A stretch of 20,000 bases of DNA from Piedraia hortae CBS 480.64 (lineage: Eukaryota). Position numbers and translations under genes: made by a program. Of the stretch, positions 19,392 through 20,000 are shown one piece after another. The DNA lies in assembly GCA_010093745.1 (NCBI GenBank), contig MU006020.1, positions 59,844 through 79,843 on the forward strand. Direction: 5' to 3'. Position 1 is the stretch's first letter. Each line of letters starts with the position of its first letter. The notes beneath the pieces are model-generated. The model ran no database searches, was not told where the DNA came from, and saw nothing but the letters and a program-made list of their open reading frames with translations.

Positions 19392-20000
19392 GTCCGTCCA
19401 GACGCACTCTGCATGTTATCTATTGCTTTGTCCGGGTCTCCCACCCTCAGCGGTGTTTTGTAGTCCACAAGAGCATTTTTGCACTCCTGGTTCCACCAAG
19501 GCGTACCTCGCCTCGCCCGTCGGTTACTCTACGGTATGGACGCTTCCATGGTGCTTTTGATGTTGTTTATGAGAGCGGTGGCCAGCTCGTCGATGGAACC
19601 AGGTTCGGGTGTCACCTCGGGTAGCGAGCGGATGGGATACGCTTCCCTGAGAGCCTCTTCGTCGCCGTCACTGTAGACGTATCTAGATCGTTCTCGCCTC
19701 CGCAAGGGACCCTGGGTGGGGTGTCACTTCGGTTCTAGTCCCTGGGACATTCGAAAACACCAGATCTATCGTGTGGCCTCTGTTGTGAGTAGATATTCCA
19801 TGTGTTGCACACAGCGAGGTGGTTATGGGCATAGTCGGGGTGGGTTTTGGAGAGAAATGCCTGGCTGGATCTGTCGAACACAGTCCATGGCTCCTGCACC
19901 ATTAGTATGGCGGCGCCGATCGATGCGCCATGGGAGAGTATGAGGTCATTATTAGGACTGTCGTTTTGCACGTTCGCTAGCAGCAGGAAGATCCTTCGAT
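19392..20000 (-). mobile_element. Non-LTR retrotransposon (LINE, Tad1-like) remnant: internally deleted APE endonuclease and linker
   Basis: - strand fragments FLLLANVQND..ILMVQEPW..KTHPDY (APE N-terminus), THNRGHTIDLVFSNVP (APE C-terminus) and IDELATALINNIKSTMEASIP*..GTPWWNQECKNAL (EN-RT linker). They are in the right order, with frameshifts and missing segments. Confidence 0.85.

Overview
Eukaryotic, fungal (filamentous ascomycete-like) genomic DNA with very short GT-AG introns. The left third holds intact host genes: the 5' end of a GH128/Asl1-like glucanase (-, runs off the window and is missing from the ORF track), a BTB/POZ protein, a secreted Ser/Thr-rich GPI-type protein, an intron-containing tRNA-Trp(CCA) and splicing factor SYF2. 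The rest is mostly decayed mobile DNA: two remnants resembling DUF3505/telomere-linked-helicase-type genes, possible MULE fragments and a LINE remnant. One intact, intronless, strongly divergent B-type cyclin sits among these remnants. The main find is a ~5.5 kb DNA transposon (13868-19390) bounded by 25-bp imperfect terminal inverted repeats and arrays of ~11-bp subterminal repeats. It carries two head-to-head genes: a Zn-finger/DDE transposase of the CACTA-related (CMC) type, now a pseudogene, and a multi-intron accessory gene of unknown function. All family assignments come from motif recognition by eye, not database searches.
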